DNA of 64,000 bases, taken from Octopus vulgaris (Eukaryota). Every line of letters begins with the position of its first letter. Within the stretch, counting starts at the first letter, position 1. Below the pieces are notes generated by a model, which worked only from the letters and a program-made list of their open reading frames with translations, was not told the DNA's origin and searched no databases. Location of the stretch: assembly GCA_951406725.2 (NCBI GenBank), contig OX597839.1:23498001-23562000 (forward strand). Direction: 5' to 3'. The position numbers and the translations under genes are program-made. Below are positions 13,501 to 26,174 of this stretch, piece by piece.

Positions 13501-14250
13501 CCCAGTTGAACCGTCCAACCCATGCTAGCATGGAAAGCGGACGTTAAACGATGATGATGATGATGATGATATTATTAAGGTGTTGCAAACTGAGTTTCGA
13601 TGTGACAATAATACAAGAGGCATGATGTCATCTTCATGGATGTACATAGCAACTCAACCATGGCTTCTTTCTCTTCTGTCTGTACGAAATACAGCATACC
13701 CTTCCTGTTAACTTTGGACATCAGGACATCAGTTTTCCTGGCTGTGCCAGTCTTAATGTCTGCCCCTGTTTATCACCACAGTCCAACTTGGACTATTCTT
13801 ATTGCAGTTGTTGCTGCTGTCAATGTTGTTTTTGGGGGCCAGTGGTGTTCACAGATTCTTTTTGATTCTGTCTGTTTGTCCTTCATTGGATTTCAGGAAT
13901 GTAGAGTCATCATTGAGCACTCCTGTCTCCTTCATTGTGTTTCCTAGAAGGTTGATAAATGGTTTGACAAAAGCATAGGAGCGTATGAACTCTTGTTTGT
14001 TTCGAACAATTTGTGCCATGGACCTATGGTGGTAAGCATAGCTTTTCAAGGCTGCCACTATCAGGCCGTTGGACGGAAAACCCTCGCTCATGCTCCATCC
14101 TTGAATAAAGAGACGGAGCTCTTCGAACTTGCCAATTTCGACATATTTTTTGTATTTTGTTTGCCTGAATCTGACTCTGGATGAATTTGAGGTTGTTGGT
14201 GTTCATCTGTTGATTTTTATTGAATAAAGAAGAGAAAGAGAGCAGAAATG

Positions 14251-14291
<41 letters not shown>

Positions 14292-14860
14292 TAATAGGGA
14301 GTTTGCGAGAGTAATATGGAAGTTTGTGTCGAGGAGATAGAGAAAGGAAAGTTCAATAACAGATGGAATATGAGATAAGGAATCTGAAACAAGTGTTGTT
14401 GTTATGTGTAGGAGAGAAAGTTTAAGGAGAGAATTGAGAAATCTTTAACTCTAAAAGAAGGAATTGAGGTAATGAGTTTTAAAGAGGTTCGATCAAAATC
14501 GAGGTAATGGATTTTAAGGGGGTTTAAACAAAATAGTAATTTTTAAGTCTGTAGGGAAGAAATAAGGAGGTGTATAACAAGGTGGAAGAAAGAGAGAAAA
14601 TGGTCGCCAATGGCATCGTCAAGCGCTAAGACGACTCTAGTGTACTTTAATTAGGTTCTTTAATTAGGTTCAAGAATCTAATTATAAAACTAGGAACAAT
14701 CAGAAAGAGAAAGAGACTGTTGAAGGAAAGAATTGAAAAATATTTATTTAACCCTAGGAAAGTTTACGAAGAGAGAGTGGAAGAAAGAAAGGAGAAAAGG
14801 AATGGCTAAGAGCAAAAAGGAATCGAAGTAATAAATGGTAAATATTAGCAAGGAATGTGT
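10529..14860 (-). mobile_element. Decayed near-full-length CR1-group LINE (APE endonuclease plus RT pseudogene, ORF1 remnant, CT-rich 5' region)
   Basis: EN motifs GY.VFRTDR (~13660-13710), FLGDFNLP, PTRGNKILDLCFTN and SDH (12930-13170); RT motifs FAKAFDEVDHG, GVP and YADDT (11540-11830); C-terminal FNALP..LRN...FK...DEP...SNSL; frameshifts and stops; 5' limit approximate. Confidence 0.9.
13295..13569 (+). mobile_element. RTE 3' UTR repeat (family C) inserted into the LINE endonuclease region
   Basis: Family C tail with (GAT)n; splits the EN coding sequence. Confidence 0.85.
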
Positions 14861-15610
14861 AGGTTGTACATGGAAGCAAGAAAGACTAAAACAGTTTCGC
14901 ACCTTTCCTTGAAAAAGGCATTTTGGGGGAAAAAATTTTTCGGATTATTACGTTTTAGATGTCGGAGATTAGGAATATGCAAAAAAAAAATTTCATTTCA
15001 CCCCTCCCCCATTTAAATTTTTTGATTTTGTTTACTTTAGCGAATTGCCGAACACATGCAAATCGAAATCAAATACAGATACAAAGTGAAAAGAATTTGG
15101 GTTTTACTTGTGTTTGCCTTAAATAATATTAAATAATAATTTAATGTAAATTAAATATACACCAGTTTATGAGAAACAAACATTAATAATTAATAATTAA
15201 TGTTATAAAGTTTAATAAGGGGCTCAAACTTCACCCCTCCCCCAATTTTAAATTTTGAACTTTTTCATCCATTTATTTGTCTGTCTATTTATTCCTGTCC
15301 GTTTATTCATAAAATATATTTGTCAACTAAATGTAACGGTCCTATAGAAGACGGTTTGGATATTTTCCTTTCGATAGCCAGATTTCAACACAATTTCAAG
15401 TTAACTAAACACTTTAAAATTTCATATACTGGTAGAATGTGTCAAAAGAAAACATTATTTTCACTTGGCTTTTTCGATAAATTTGTAATTCGTTTGTTTA
15501 ACGTAGTTTAAGTTTTCGAATTTTAACCAATCCTATGCTCTCTTCTGAGCTGAAATCATGTTGTCAAGCGATGTTGGGGGGACAAACACAGACACACAAA
15601 CATATACACA

Positions 15611-15642
<32 letters not shown>

Positions 15643-15786
15643 CGACAGGCTTCTTTCAGTTTCCGTCTACCAAATCCACTCACAAGGCTTTGGTCGGGCC
15701 CAAGGTTATAGTAGAAGACACTTGCCCAAGGTGCCACGCCTACTGAACCCGGAACCATATATATATATATATATACCACACATACT

Positions 15787-15842
<56 letters not shown>

Positions 15843-15887
15843 CATAGATATATAAATACATACATATATATAAATAGATAGATAGAT

Positions 15888-15932
<45 letters not shown>

Positions 15933-15977
15933 TATACATGTATACATACACACACACATATACACATACATACATAT

Positions 15978-16008
<31 letters not shown>

Positions 16009-16046
16009 CATACACACAACATACACACTCATACATATATATATAT

Positions 16047-16240
16047 ATTTGCCATGTTGGACTGCTGAAATCTACCTGCTTTTTTTTATTCTCTGTTTAT
16101 TTTTGTCTTTTTCATTTCTGCTAAAGAGCCTAGGCTTGAAATGTAAAAGACTTTTTTCATTTTTCCAAGCATCAAACTAATACACTTGCTTGTTGTTCAA
16201 ACACCTGCCTTCATCTTTTGTCTTTTTAAATTTCAACTAT
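16047..16240 (+). mobile_element. Family H element, degenerate hammerhead-like motif at 16113-16150
   Basis: Homologous to 5680-5880; embedded in TA/CA tract. Confidence 0.55.
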
Positions 16241-17111
16241 ATATGAATATATATACATGCATATATATATATACACATACATATATATAATATATATACA
16301 ATATGTGTGTGTGTGTGATGAATCATTATCATCATCATCATCATCATTGCATGCCTGTTTTCCATGCTGGCATATGTTGGACGGTTTGGCAGGAGTTGGC
16401 AAGACAGAGAAATGCACCAGGTTTCACTGTCTGTTTCAGCATGGTTTCTACGGTTGGATGCCCTTCCCCATGCCAACCCCTTTACAGAGTGGATTGTGTG
16501 CTTTTTACATGGTACCAGTGCTGACAAAGTCACCAAGTAACTCGCAAGACAAATTATCCCTCAACTGAGAGAGGGGAGTGGTACTGGGGGAGGTGGCTTT
16601 GTGCCAAGTGATGAGAAGTTAAAACATAAGAGAGGGACAGGAACAGGTGTCCTACTGTAGAGAATATACATGGCTACCCTAGTCGGAAGCTAGGAGAGAG
16701 AAAGAGAGAGAGAGAGAAGTGGTGGCAATTTGCCAGGGCATAATCTCAGGGTACAAGGAGATGAATATAAAAGTACAAGAGTAGGGAGTTCAGAAAAGTA
16801 CAAAGGGGGAGAAAGTGGGGAATGCAGCGAGTGGTGAAACATAGGTACATGATAGGGTAGTAATGATACAGTTGACAGGAGGAGGACAGGAAAGAAAGGG
16901 GCCAGAGCAGTGATGGTTTGCAGGAGTGGGGAGGAAGGGTTTATAAATGACTGTTACAACCCAATTTTGAATTTTGGTCTCACCGCTAACCAAGAATTAT
17001 AATCATGTTTTCCGAAATAATCTTTCCACCAAAATTTTATCATTTTATTTTTAGTTTCCTAAAATACTTATTCAACGTTTATTTTTTTTTGTTTTAATGT
17101 TATTCCTCTAG

Positions 17112-17310
17112 GTTTCAAAGTGATTCTCCAGTCTCGTATCTAAGCAACAAGCCTCGTTTACTTCATGCCTTACATGAAGCAGGTTGGCCCTTGGCTAAAG
17201 ATGACGTTATCCTTCTTGAAAGAGAAATTGAACAAGGTTTTAAATATCTTAATCTTGCTAAAAATCTTCGAAATCATCAACTGGCAGATAATTCTTCTGA
17301 AGCAAAATAA
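17112..17310 (+). CDS. Candidate terminal coding exon of an unidentified host gene
   Basis: Acceptor ttaatgttattcctctag|G, then 65 open codons FQSDSPVSYLSNKPRLLHALHEAGWPLAKDDVILLEREIEQGFKYLNLAKNLRNHQLADNSSEAK-TAA; non-repetitive; followed by AT-rich DNA with AATAAA (~17327, ~17427). Confidence 0.45.
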
Positions 17311-17511
17311 CACAACAGCAACTTTAAATAAAAGTTTGGAAATATTTTAAATTTTAAAATGTTATTTAATGAAAATGAAATATTAATTTTAAAAAAGATT
17401 TATGTGCAAACATGAAATATAATTTCAATAAACAAAATGATTTCTTTTGAATTATGTCTCTTGGTTTTTATAGCAGAAATTTCAAATACAAAAGACTAGT
17501 GGCAGCACTGT

Positions 17512-17800
17512 GGAGGAACATGGCCTAATGGTTAGAGAAGCGGACTCATGATCGAGGAATCGCAGGTTTGAATCTCAGACCAGGTGATGTTTGTGTTTAT
17601 GAGCAAAGCACCTAAGCTCCACACAGCTCCAGCAAAAGGCAATGGTGAACTTCTGTTGACTCTTTTGCCACAACTTTCTCTCACTCTTTCCTCCTGCATT
17701 TAGCAGCTCACCTGCAATGGACTGGCATCTCGTCCAGGTGGGGAAACTGGGAAACCAACCCTTATGAGCCAGGCATGTATCGAGAAGGAACAAATAACAA
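17512..17800 (+). mobile_element. tRNA-derived SINE with V-domain-like segment
   Basis: A box tggcctaatggtt, B box ggtttgaatctc, cctgcaatggactggcatctcgtccagg (17711-17738) resembles the V-SINE core; (AAC/AAT) tail. Confidence 0.65.
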
Positions 17801-17879
17801 TAAGTGATGACATTTCTGAAGAACATAACAAATTTCTTTGCAAATTTGGCTTAAAAATAATAGTAAAATTTTAGAGTTA

Positions 17880-18345
17880 TACAGAGTGAGGCATAAAGAT
17901 CTCCCACACTGAATATTCAAAAAAGCACACAACCATTCAGGAATAAATTTATTGTTTCTGAAAAGTACATAAAAAACAGTTTATTTTACTCACCATTTTC
18001 TTTTCATCACTTAAAACCACCCAACTTTTTTCAGAGCTGACACTTTTTAGTGAGGTTTTCACCTAATGATTTTTTCCAATGAGCATATTCTTTCAAACCC
18101 ATTATATTAGGCAAATGGTGGCCGTTGTTGGCAATACATTGATGCAATCATTCCCAGAAGTTCTCCAAGACTCTCTGTATCATCTCAGGTGATATTGCTT
18201 TGATTTCCTCATGAATCTTTGCTTTCAAATCCTCAAGAGTTTAAGGACGATGTTGGAAAACTTTTTCCTTTAGGTATCCCCAAAGGAAAAAGTCATAAAG
18301 GGTTTAAATCTGGTAACCTTGTCAGCCACTCCACGTCACCCCTCA
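17880..18345 (-). mobile_element. Tc1/mariner-superfamily transposase 3' remnant
   Basis: Minus-strand translation W..RLPDLNP/DFFLWGYLKEKVF..P.TLEDLKAKI.EEI..I....CIANNGHH; TA-CAGAGTG end near 17880. Confidence 0.75.
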
Positions 18346-18679
18346 TAGTTTTTGGGTAATTGATAATGAATACAAAAATAGTATATTTCAAAATTCCAAA
18401 TGAAACCTGTCCTGCCTATCTACTTCAACTTATTTCCCCCACAGTGTTGCCTCTAAATGTGGAAGATCTTCACGTCTCACCTTTTAGGTCAAAGGATTAT
18501 AGTAGGACCATCATTGTCATCATCATTTTTATTGCTTTTTTTCCTTTGTTAGAAAGTCTCAAACAAGCTGAGAAGCCATTTAGTGTAAAGGGACAAAGAA
18601 GAAGGAGGAATTAAGACAAAAGGAATGAACTTACTTTGGACTCAGAAGACTCCAGATCTTAAGAAGCAGGAAAACAATG

Positions 18680-19075
18680 AGATGGAAGAGAGTTCCGGAA
18701 GTTCTAGGGAAAATGCTGTCTGTAGAAAGACTTCCTTATTTGTGGAAACAGTATTTGGATGGAGATGCTGTGAGTTTTTTTTGTCGGGCAAGATGACACA
18801 GAGTGATCTGGAATGAAGAGAAAAAGCACATCAGAGCACTTCCTATGGTAATAACAATAGACAAAAACTAAGAGTGGAGATGTCACGACAATGTGACAAG
18901 GGTTGTGGAATTAAAGCAAGAAAGAGGCCAATCAAATTAGGGAGTTGCTCCTGAACTCGGTTGAACGAGATCCAAGTAACAAGATGGTGCACGTTCCCAA
19001 ATTTATCAACAGTATTCCATACAAGGACGAATGGTGGACTTGTAAAGATACAAAACACAGTTTCTGTTTTGCAAC
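18680..19075 (-). mobile_element. Old CR1/Jockey-group LINE ORF2 remnant
   Basis: Frameshifted minus-strand LYLYKSTIRPCMEYC...RVQ...QPLSHCR...YYH.KCS. Confidence 0.65.
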
Positions 19076-19246
19076 CATACCCCCTCCAGAACTGACTATG
19101 GTTTTCTGCGCAGGCTCCTCACACACCCGCGTGTGCGTGTGTGTATATACATATATATAGATAGATAGATAGTTTGATAGATAGATAGATAGATAGACAG
19201 ATATAGACAAAGAGATTGATAGATAGATGGTGAGATAGATAGATAG

Positions 19247-19294
<48 letters not shown>

Positions 19295-19467
19295 AGAGTA
19301 AATAATATCTTTAATGGTTTTTAAAATAAAACAACAATTATTTACTGGTAGATTTCGGCATGTAAATATAACCATTAACGGTAGGAACTTCTATAAAAGT
19401 TCAATATATATTTTGTATATAAATAAAAAAAGGCAGGCAACAGGTTGCTTAGCCACATACCGAAGAA

Positions 19468-19536
19468 ATTTATGCTGATGAAAGACATGGAATTTATATT
19501 TTATTATATTCCTAATCTAGAAACTCGTTCGTAAAT
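19468..19536 (+). ncRNA. Type I hammerhead ribozyme motif (minimal stem III) inside an element with 40-bp inverted repeats (19431-19700)
   Basis: ATTTATG-CTGATGA-A AGA..GGAAT..ATTCC..TCT A-GAAA-CTCG-TT-CGTAAAT; 7-bp stem I. Confidence 0.65.
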
Positions 19537-19718
19537 GACCGTTAGACTTTGTTTTTGTTATTTCTTCCTTCTGTTTTGCATATGTGAATTACAGGGATAT
19601 GTCGTATGTGGAGTCTCATTTGTAGAAAATAGAAATAAACAGTCTTTGACTGCTATTTCTAATTATTTTGGTATGTGGCTAAGCAACCTGTTGCCTGCTT
19701 CTTTTATATATATATATA

Positions 19719-20130
19719 GGTGCAGGAGTGGCTGTATGGTAAGTAGCTTGCTAACCATCCACATGGTTCCAGGTTCAGTCCCACTGCGTGGCACCTTGGG
19801 CAAGTGTCTTCTGCTATAGCCCCGGGCCGACCAATGCCTTGTGAGTGGATTTGGTAGACAGAAACTGAAAGAAGCCTGTTGTATATATGTATATATATAT
19901 ATGTGTGTGTGTGTGTATGTTTGTGTGTCTGTGTTTGTCCCCCCAACATTGCTTGACAACCGATGCTGGTGTGTTTACGTCCCTGTTACTTAGCGGTTCG
20001 GCAAAAGAGACCGATAGAATAAGTACTGGGCTCACAAAAGAATAAGTCCCGGGGTCGAGTTCCTCGATTAAAGGCGGTGCTCCAGCATGGCCGCAGTCAA
20101 ATGACTGAAACAAGTAAAAGAGTAAAGAGT
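19719..20130 (+). mobile_element. SINE family A, full length
   Basis: Head ggtgcaggagtggctgtatggtaagtag through tail gtaaaagagtaaagag. Confidence 0.9.
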
Positions 20131-20520
20131 ATATGTATGTGTGTGTGTATGCATGCATGCATGCATACATACATACTTACATACATACATACATACATAC
20201 AAACATACATACGTATTTTCATATATACTATGCTAGAATGAAAACTGGGGGCACAGAATCCTGGAATATTCTTAAGTATTGAACCTAGAAAAGTACTTGA
20301 CAAGGAGAACAAAAATCTTAAAACATTGCTGCTGCAGTTAGAATTTAGAAACTGAAATAGGCATAAAAGCCCTTTCATATTTTTTATTGTTGCTTAAATG
20401 TCTAAATTAAACATTCAAGAACCTTCTTTTATTTTTGGAATTTTAGAGAAAAGACTAATTGCCTACAAGTTTACACATGAAAAAGTTGATATTACAAATT
20501 TATATATTCAAAAAATCATA

Positions 20521-20743
20521 TACTCTTTACTCTTTGCTTGTTTCAGTCATTTGACTGCGGCCATGCTGGAGCACCGCTTTTAATCGAGCAACTCGACCCC
20601 GAGAATTATTCTTTTATAAGCCCAGTACTTATTCTATCGGTCTCTTTTGCCGAACCGCTAAGTAACGGGGACATAAACACACCAGCATCGGTTGTCAAGC
20701 AATGCTAGGGGGACAAACACAAACACACAAACATATACACACA

Positions 20744-20783
<40 letters not shown>

Positions 20784-20948
20784 TACGACAGGCTTCTTTC
20801 AATTTCCGTCTACCAAATCCACTCACAAGGCTTTGGTCGGTCCGAGGCTATAGCAGAAGACACTTGCCTAAGGTGCCATGCAGTGGGACTGAACCTGGAA
20901 CCATGTGGTTGGTAAACAAGCTACTTACCACACAGCCACTCCTGCGCC
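20521..20948 (-). mobile_element. SINE family A, full length
   Basis: Reverse-complement copy, tail-to-tail with 19719-20130. Confidence 0.9.
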
Positions 20949-21110
20949 TATATATAATAGCAATTTAAGCAAAATTTGCAATTATGACACCTAAGTTTTT
21001 TTTAATAGGGTTGTTTCTACATTTTACTCTCAGTTTGTTCATTAGATTTCATTTCTAAGTATTTTTTTTAACTGTAAATGTATTTTGCTTGAAAATCTAT
21101 ATATGAATAT

Positions 21111-21234
21111 CCTGCAGAGTGAGATTTCGTCGAGGAAGCGGAGGCCTACCACACGTTGACGATAGGCAATACACCTTGAAACCATGGTCTGTGTGTGGTT
21201 TCCGCTTCATCGGGGAATTATCTCCCTTTGCAGG
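21111..21234 (+). ncRNA. Type I hammerhead-like motif with very long stem I (core variant UUGACGA)
   Basis: CACACG-TTGACGA-T AGG caataca CCT T-GAAA-CCATGG-TC-TGTGTG, extended by GAAGCGGAGG/TTTCCGCTTC, GAGAT/ATCTC and CCTGCAGA/TTTGCAGG. Confidence 0.65.
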
Positions 21235-23419
21235 TTAAAGGACACCGTGACGGTGTCGGGCCTATCTGGCGACGTCGATGTTCGCCTGGGGCTAAATGCA
21301 ACAGTAACACCCCCACCACCCTGCCCTGTCCCTAGCCATATTCAGATGGCTTTAGTCCCTTATGTTAAAAAATATTTTGTTATAATGCAAACTTTAAAAA
21401 AATTTTTTTGTTTCTTTAAAAAACATTTTTTTACTATTTTTCACTTTTTTGAATTACATTTATTTTATATGAGTTTAATTTTGTTACACAATATTTTATT
21501 ACACCGTCCAACCCATGCTAGCATGGAAAGCGGACGCTAAACGATGATGATGATGATGATCTGTGATTTAAAATTTTCAGATGATGAATTTTATTAAGAA
21601 AATAAGATTTAAAAAATAATGTAATACTAAAAATAAGACAGAAATGTTTTAGCTTAATCCAAAGGAATTTTAAAATCAAAAATATTAACTTAAATTTTTA
21701 AAAGTTGCAGCAAAAAACAAAAAGATATAAAAGAAGAAAAAATCCAGTGTATACACTATTTCATGAGCAATTTTTGAAATTTATTTAAAAAATTTTAACT
21801 TCAGCAGCAATATCTAAATTTTGTTTCCTTCTTGTCCAGAATTTTTTCAGTTTCAATACCTAAGAACATTCCAGTACCCTGTGTCCATATATCTTCATTC
21901 TGTTACTGTTTGTTGTGTCCTTTTCCAGGCTCAATACTTAAGAATATCCTATAACCTACATTTTTCCAGGAAACATTTTTATTATTATAGCTAATTTCAT
22001 TTATCTTTTATAATTGAAAAAATGATATTATTGTAGATATTTTTCATATACAGATTTTGTTCAAACTTAGAAATTTTGTGGGCACCTAAAAATAACATAG
22101 GATTGATAGCAGCATATCTTTTAAAAATATATTTTTAAACAATTTTTATTATAAAATAATCTTATATTCCAATTTAATAATTAATAAGAATATTTTTTCA
22201 TGAGTGGAATCTTTTATTTTAATGTTTTTGATATGTACATGATTTAATGCATAGGCAAAATAATAAAAATTAATATGAAATTACAAAAAATCATAACTAT
22301 TTTTATGCTTAATATTCTTAGGGTTTTTTCTGCAAAATATTCATCTCAATGAAGTCTTCCATTCGAGTTCAAATAATATTATTTTTCTCTTAAAAAGACA
22401 AAAATGGTTTCATTTCTTAAAATTACCACCTTTATTTTGTCACTTGAAGCCACACAAAAGTATTTGTAGCTAATATTTTTTGTCAAGATTTTTAACATAA
22501 GATTATTCTGACAGGCCTCTTTCATCTGAAGTAAATCTCAAACATAGAAAAGCTGTGAAAACAGCTTAGAAGATTAGCTAAATCCCAATAGAAAATGGAA
22601 AACAAGTGGCTGGCAAGCCGCTATAGAGTATCAAACCACATACCTCTCAAACTCCAGACAAGCACTCTGTACCATTAAGCTAAACGACCCATGACATTAG
22701 ATGTTCTCTTTTATAACGTTAGATGTCTTAAAATGACAAAAACATTTTAATTTGTTAAGATGATCAATGTTCTTAGATCACTTAAAACCACACCATTTTT
22801 TGAAGCTAATATTTTTTCACAAGGTTTCTACCATAAGATCCATCTCATTGAACTCTCTCAACTACCATACAGTTTTCTTTAACAATAGCTGAGATATTTT
22901 GATTCAAATTCAATTTTGGGGGTTACTCACCATTTTCTTTTCATCACTTAAAACCACCCAACTTTTTTCAGAGCTGACACTTTTTAGTGAGGTTTTCACC
23001 TAATGATTTTTTCCAATGAGCATATTCTTTCAAACCCATTTAGTCTATATTTTTCTTGAAAAATATCTTAGATATTTTCATTCAAAGTTAATTTCTTGTT
23101 TTACTCTCCCATTTTAGACCTCACATATCCTGACCGAAGCTTTTTTTCTGTTTTTTTTTTCTTTTGAATGAATGAAATTTCAACTATTTGATCTCAAAAT
23201 GTGGACCATCATTTCTAAAGAACCACAGGCAGTTTGGTTGAGAGCTGAATTAGGGCTGATGCCTAGAAATGCTCACGAGTAACTAAAACTTGAATTTAAG
23301 AATATATTCACCCTCTGCCATGCTTGAATGATATGCATATGTTTATATATACTATATATATATGTACATATGTTTTATATATATATATATATATTAACTG
23401 AAGTGCACAGTTTTACATA

Positions 23420-23527
23420 TCCATTACAGCCGATCTTACCAATCGGTTTCACACTAGGGGTTCAATGAAGTGTTAGATAACAGTCTGATTATGTAACCCT
23501 GTACTCATCAGAGGTAGCCATTATGGA
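23420..23527 (-). ncRNA. Degenerate type I hammerhead motif
   Basis: Minus strand: CT-CTGATGA-GTAC AGGGTT..AACCCCT A GTGT-GAAA-CC GATT GG-TA-AG, distal TCCAT/ATGGA; lies between TA tracts. Confidence 0.55.
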
Positions 23528-23688
23528 ATGAAATTTATATATATATGTTTTAACCGAGGAAGGTCTTACGTAATGGGTGCATTTCTTATTAAACATTACA
23601 CACACCTCAAATGCATGCATTATATGATTTCAAAATATTACTATTTCTTTGACTTCATCATTACAACTGTGTGTGTGTGTGTGTGTGC

Positions 23689-23731
<43 letters not shown>

Positions 23732-23762
23732 ATAATAATGTGTCAATATATATGTGTGTACT

Positions 23763-23793
<31 letters not shown>

Positions 23794-24731
23794 GTGTCTA
23801 TGTATGTTTAAAAATATATGTGTATTTCTATGTGTATATTTGTGTGTGTGTGTTATCCATTTATCATCTACACTTGTCTCATATATTTACAAGTGTATAT
23901 GAGAGAAGTGATGCAGAGCTGGAGTGGGTGGGGGGTTAGATGCAGGAAGTTGACAAAACAGTTTTCATAATTAATGCAATGAGAAGTAAAAAAAATGCAA
24001 CAAGAGGATGTTTATATGTGTGTGTGTGTGTGTGTGTGTGGCAGGAAAGAAATATTGATCTGGGAATTATTGTTTTTGTTTCTCCTTTACTAATTAATCA
24101 ATTAACGAGGTGATTATTAGAGTATAATCAATGTCATCATTAATAACAGAAACAGCTTAGTTACATATTTAGAAAAAGAATTGGAAACTGGTTGTTTATC
24201 AGAAATACTCACACACACACACACAAATACATATAAATGCACACTCCCATGCACCATACACTCCCACCCACTCTACACACACACATACATTAAACGCATA
24301 TATGTTCATTTAATGTACATTGTATTAATACAAAAGCTACTATGAGTTTCTTGCCATGGAGACATGTGGCTTTGCAGGTTTTTATAATATGCCTTGTATC
24401 TCTAAGAAATCTTTCAAAACAGAACAGACCATGTGCTCAGAGCCTCAAGATTGCTTGCCACATGTTTCCACAGCAAGTAATTTTAGTATCTGTTGCCTTA
24501 ATGCAGTGTACGCTAAATTAAATTTATTGCTCACTGGATGGAGTGCTTTTTTTGTTGACCTTACCTTATTGCACCTGAACAGGTGCACAGTGCAACACAC
24601 GTCAGGTGTCGAAGTGATTGCAGAGAAACATGAGATGAAGTGTGATACTACTACTGGATAGCACAGGGGGAAATCTGAAGGTGGACAAGCTTTATACTGT
24701 ACTCTACTACGTCCTTAACAGAATATAACAT

Positions 24732-25040
<309 letters not shown>

Positions 25041-25319
25041 ACATCATCATCATTTATCATCTGTCTCTCATGTATGCATGGGTAGGATGGTTGACTGGAG
25101 CCAGCTAGGTAGAAGACTACCCCAGTCAATAAGCACCTTGTTCATTCTGTAAAGTGACTGGCATTCATTAAGGGCACCCAGCCTATGGAAACTATGCCAA
25201 AGCAGATAATGGAGCTTCTGGCTTTCCATAATGGAGGGCTGTATGGAAAGCCGGAATCCTGAAGTTCACAGTAATATTTTAAGGATCCATGGAAAAAATT
25301 TGCTTTAGATTTATTTATT

Positions 25320-26174
25320 ACATCAAATGATGTCCACCAGAATGAAATGGTAACTAAAGGGGTCCATTGGTGAAAAAAGAAAAAAATTGTTGGGAATGAC
25401 TGTTTTAGATGTATTTATTACAAGAAATGACTGGGTTTCTTTCTTCTCTGATGTTTTACAAAGTCCAACGTATTTCAGTGACCAGAAATATGTTCTCTCA
25501 TAGATTTCTATTGCAAACCCACACAAGTGAATGGGGGGAAAACAAAACAGGAATCTTGAGAGATGTTTCCATAAAACTAGTTTTTAAAAATTGAATGGCT
25601 TTTGGGGCCCACCAGAATAAAACAGTAATGAAAGGGGTCCAAAGCTACAAAATGGTTGGGAACCACTGCTTTCGATGTATTTATTGCAGGTTTCTTTCTC
25701 TAATTCTTTGACATGTTTCTAACCACTGAAGCATGTCCTCTCAGAGAATTCCATTGCAAACCCACAAAAGTGAATGAGTGGAAAGCAAAATAGGAATTTT
25801 GAAAGAAGTTTCTATAAAACAAAATTTTAAACATCAAATGGTGTCCACCAGAATAAAATAGTAATGAAAGGGTCCTTAGGTAAAAAATGCTTGAGAACCA
25901 CTGTTTTGGATGTATTTATTGCAAGAAAGAGCCAGGTTTTTTTCTCTGATTCTTTACATAGTTCAACATGTTTCTGGTCATTGAAGCATGTTTTCTCAGA
26001 GAATTCCATTGCAAACTCACACAAGTAAATAGGTGGAAAGCAAAATAAGAATTTTGAAAAAAGTTTCTATTAAACAAAATTTTAAACATCAAATGGCTAG
26101 GGTTGGGTCCACCAGAATGAAATAGTAGTCAAAAGGGCCCCTAGATAAGAAACAAAAATGGTTGGGAACCACTG
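25320..26174. repeat. Diverged ~250-bp tandem array of a hAT-like transposon end (~3.5 units)
   Basis: Units end in variants of ggttgggaaccactg at 25402, 25668, 25903 and 26174 (reverse complement of a CAGTGGTTCCCAA-type TIR). Confidence 0.7.

Noticed and set aside
14895-15555. Possible DNA-transposon terminal region with repeated ttcacccctccccc
   Set aside because: Could not define both TIRs or a TSD.
19719-19795. SINE heads as tRNA genes
   Set aside because: A/B boxes present but no complete cloverleaf, and they continue into the SINE body.
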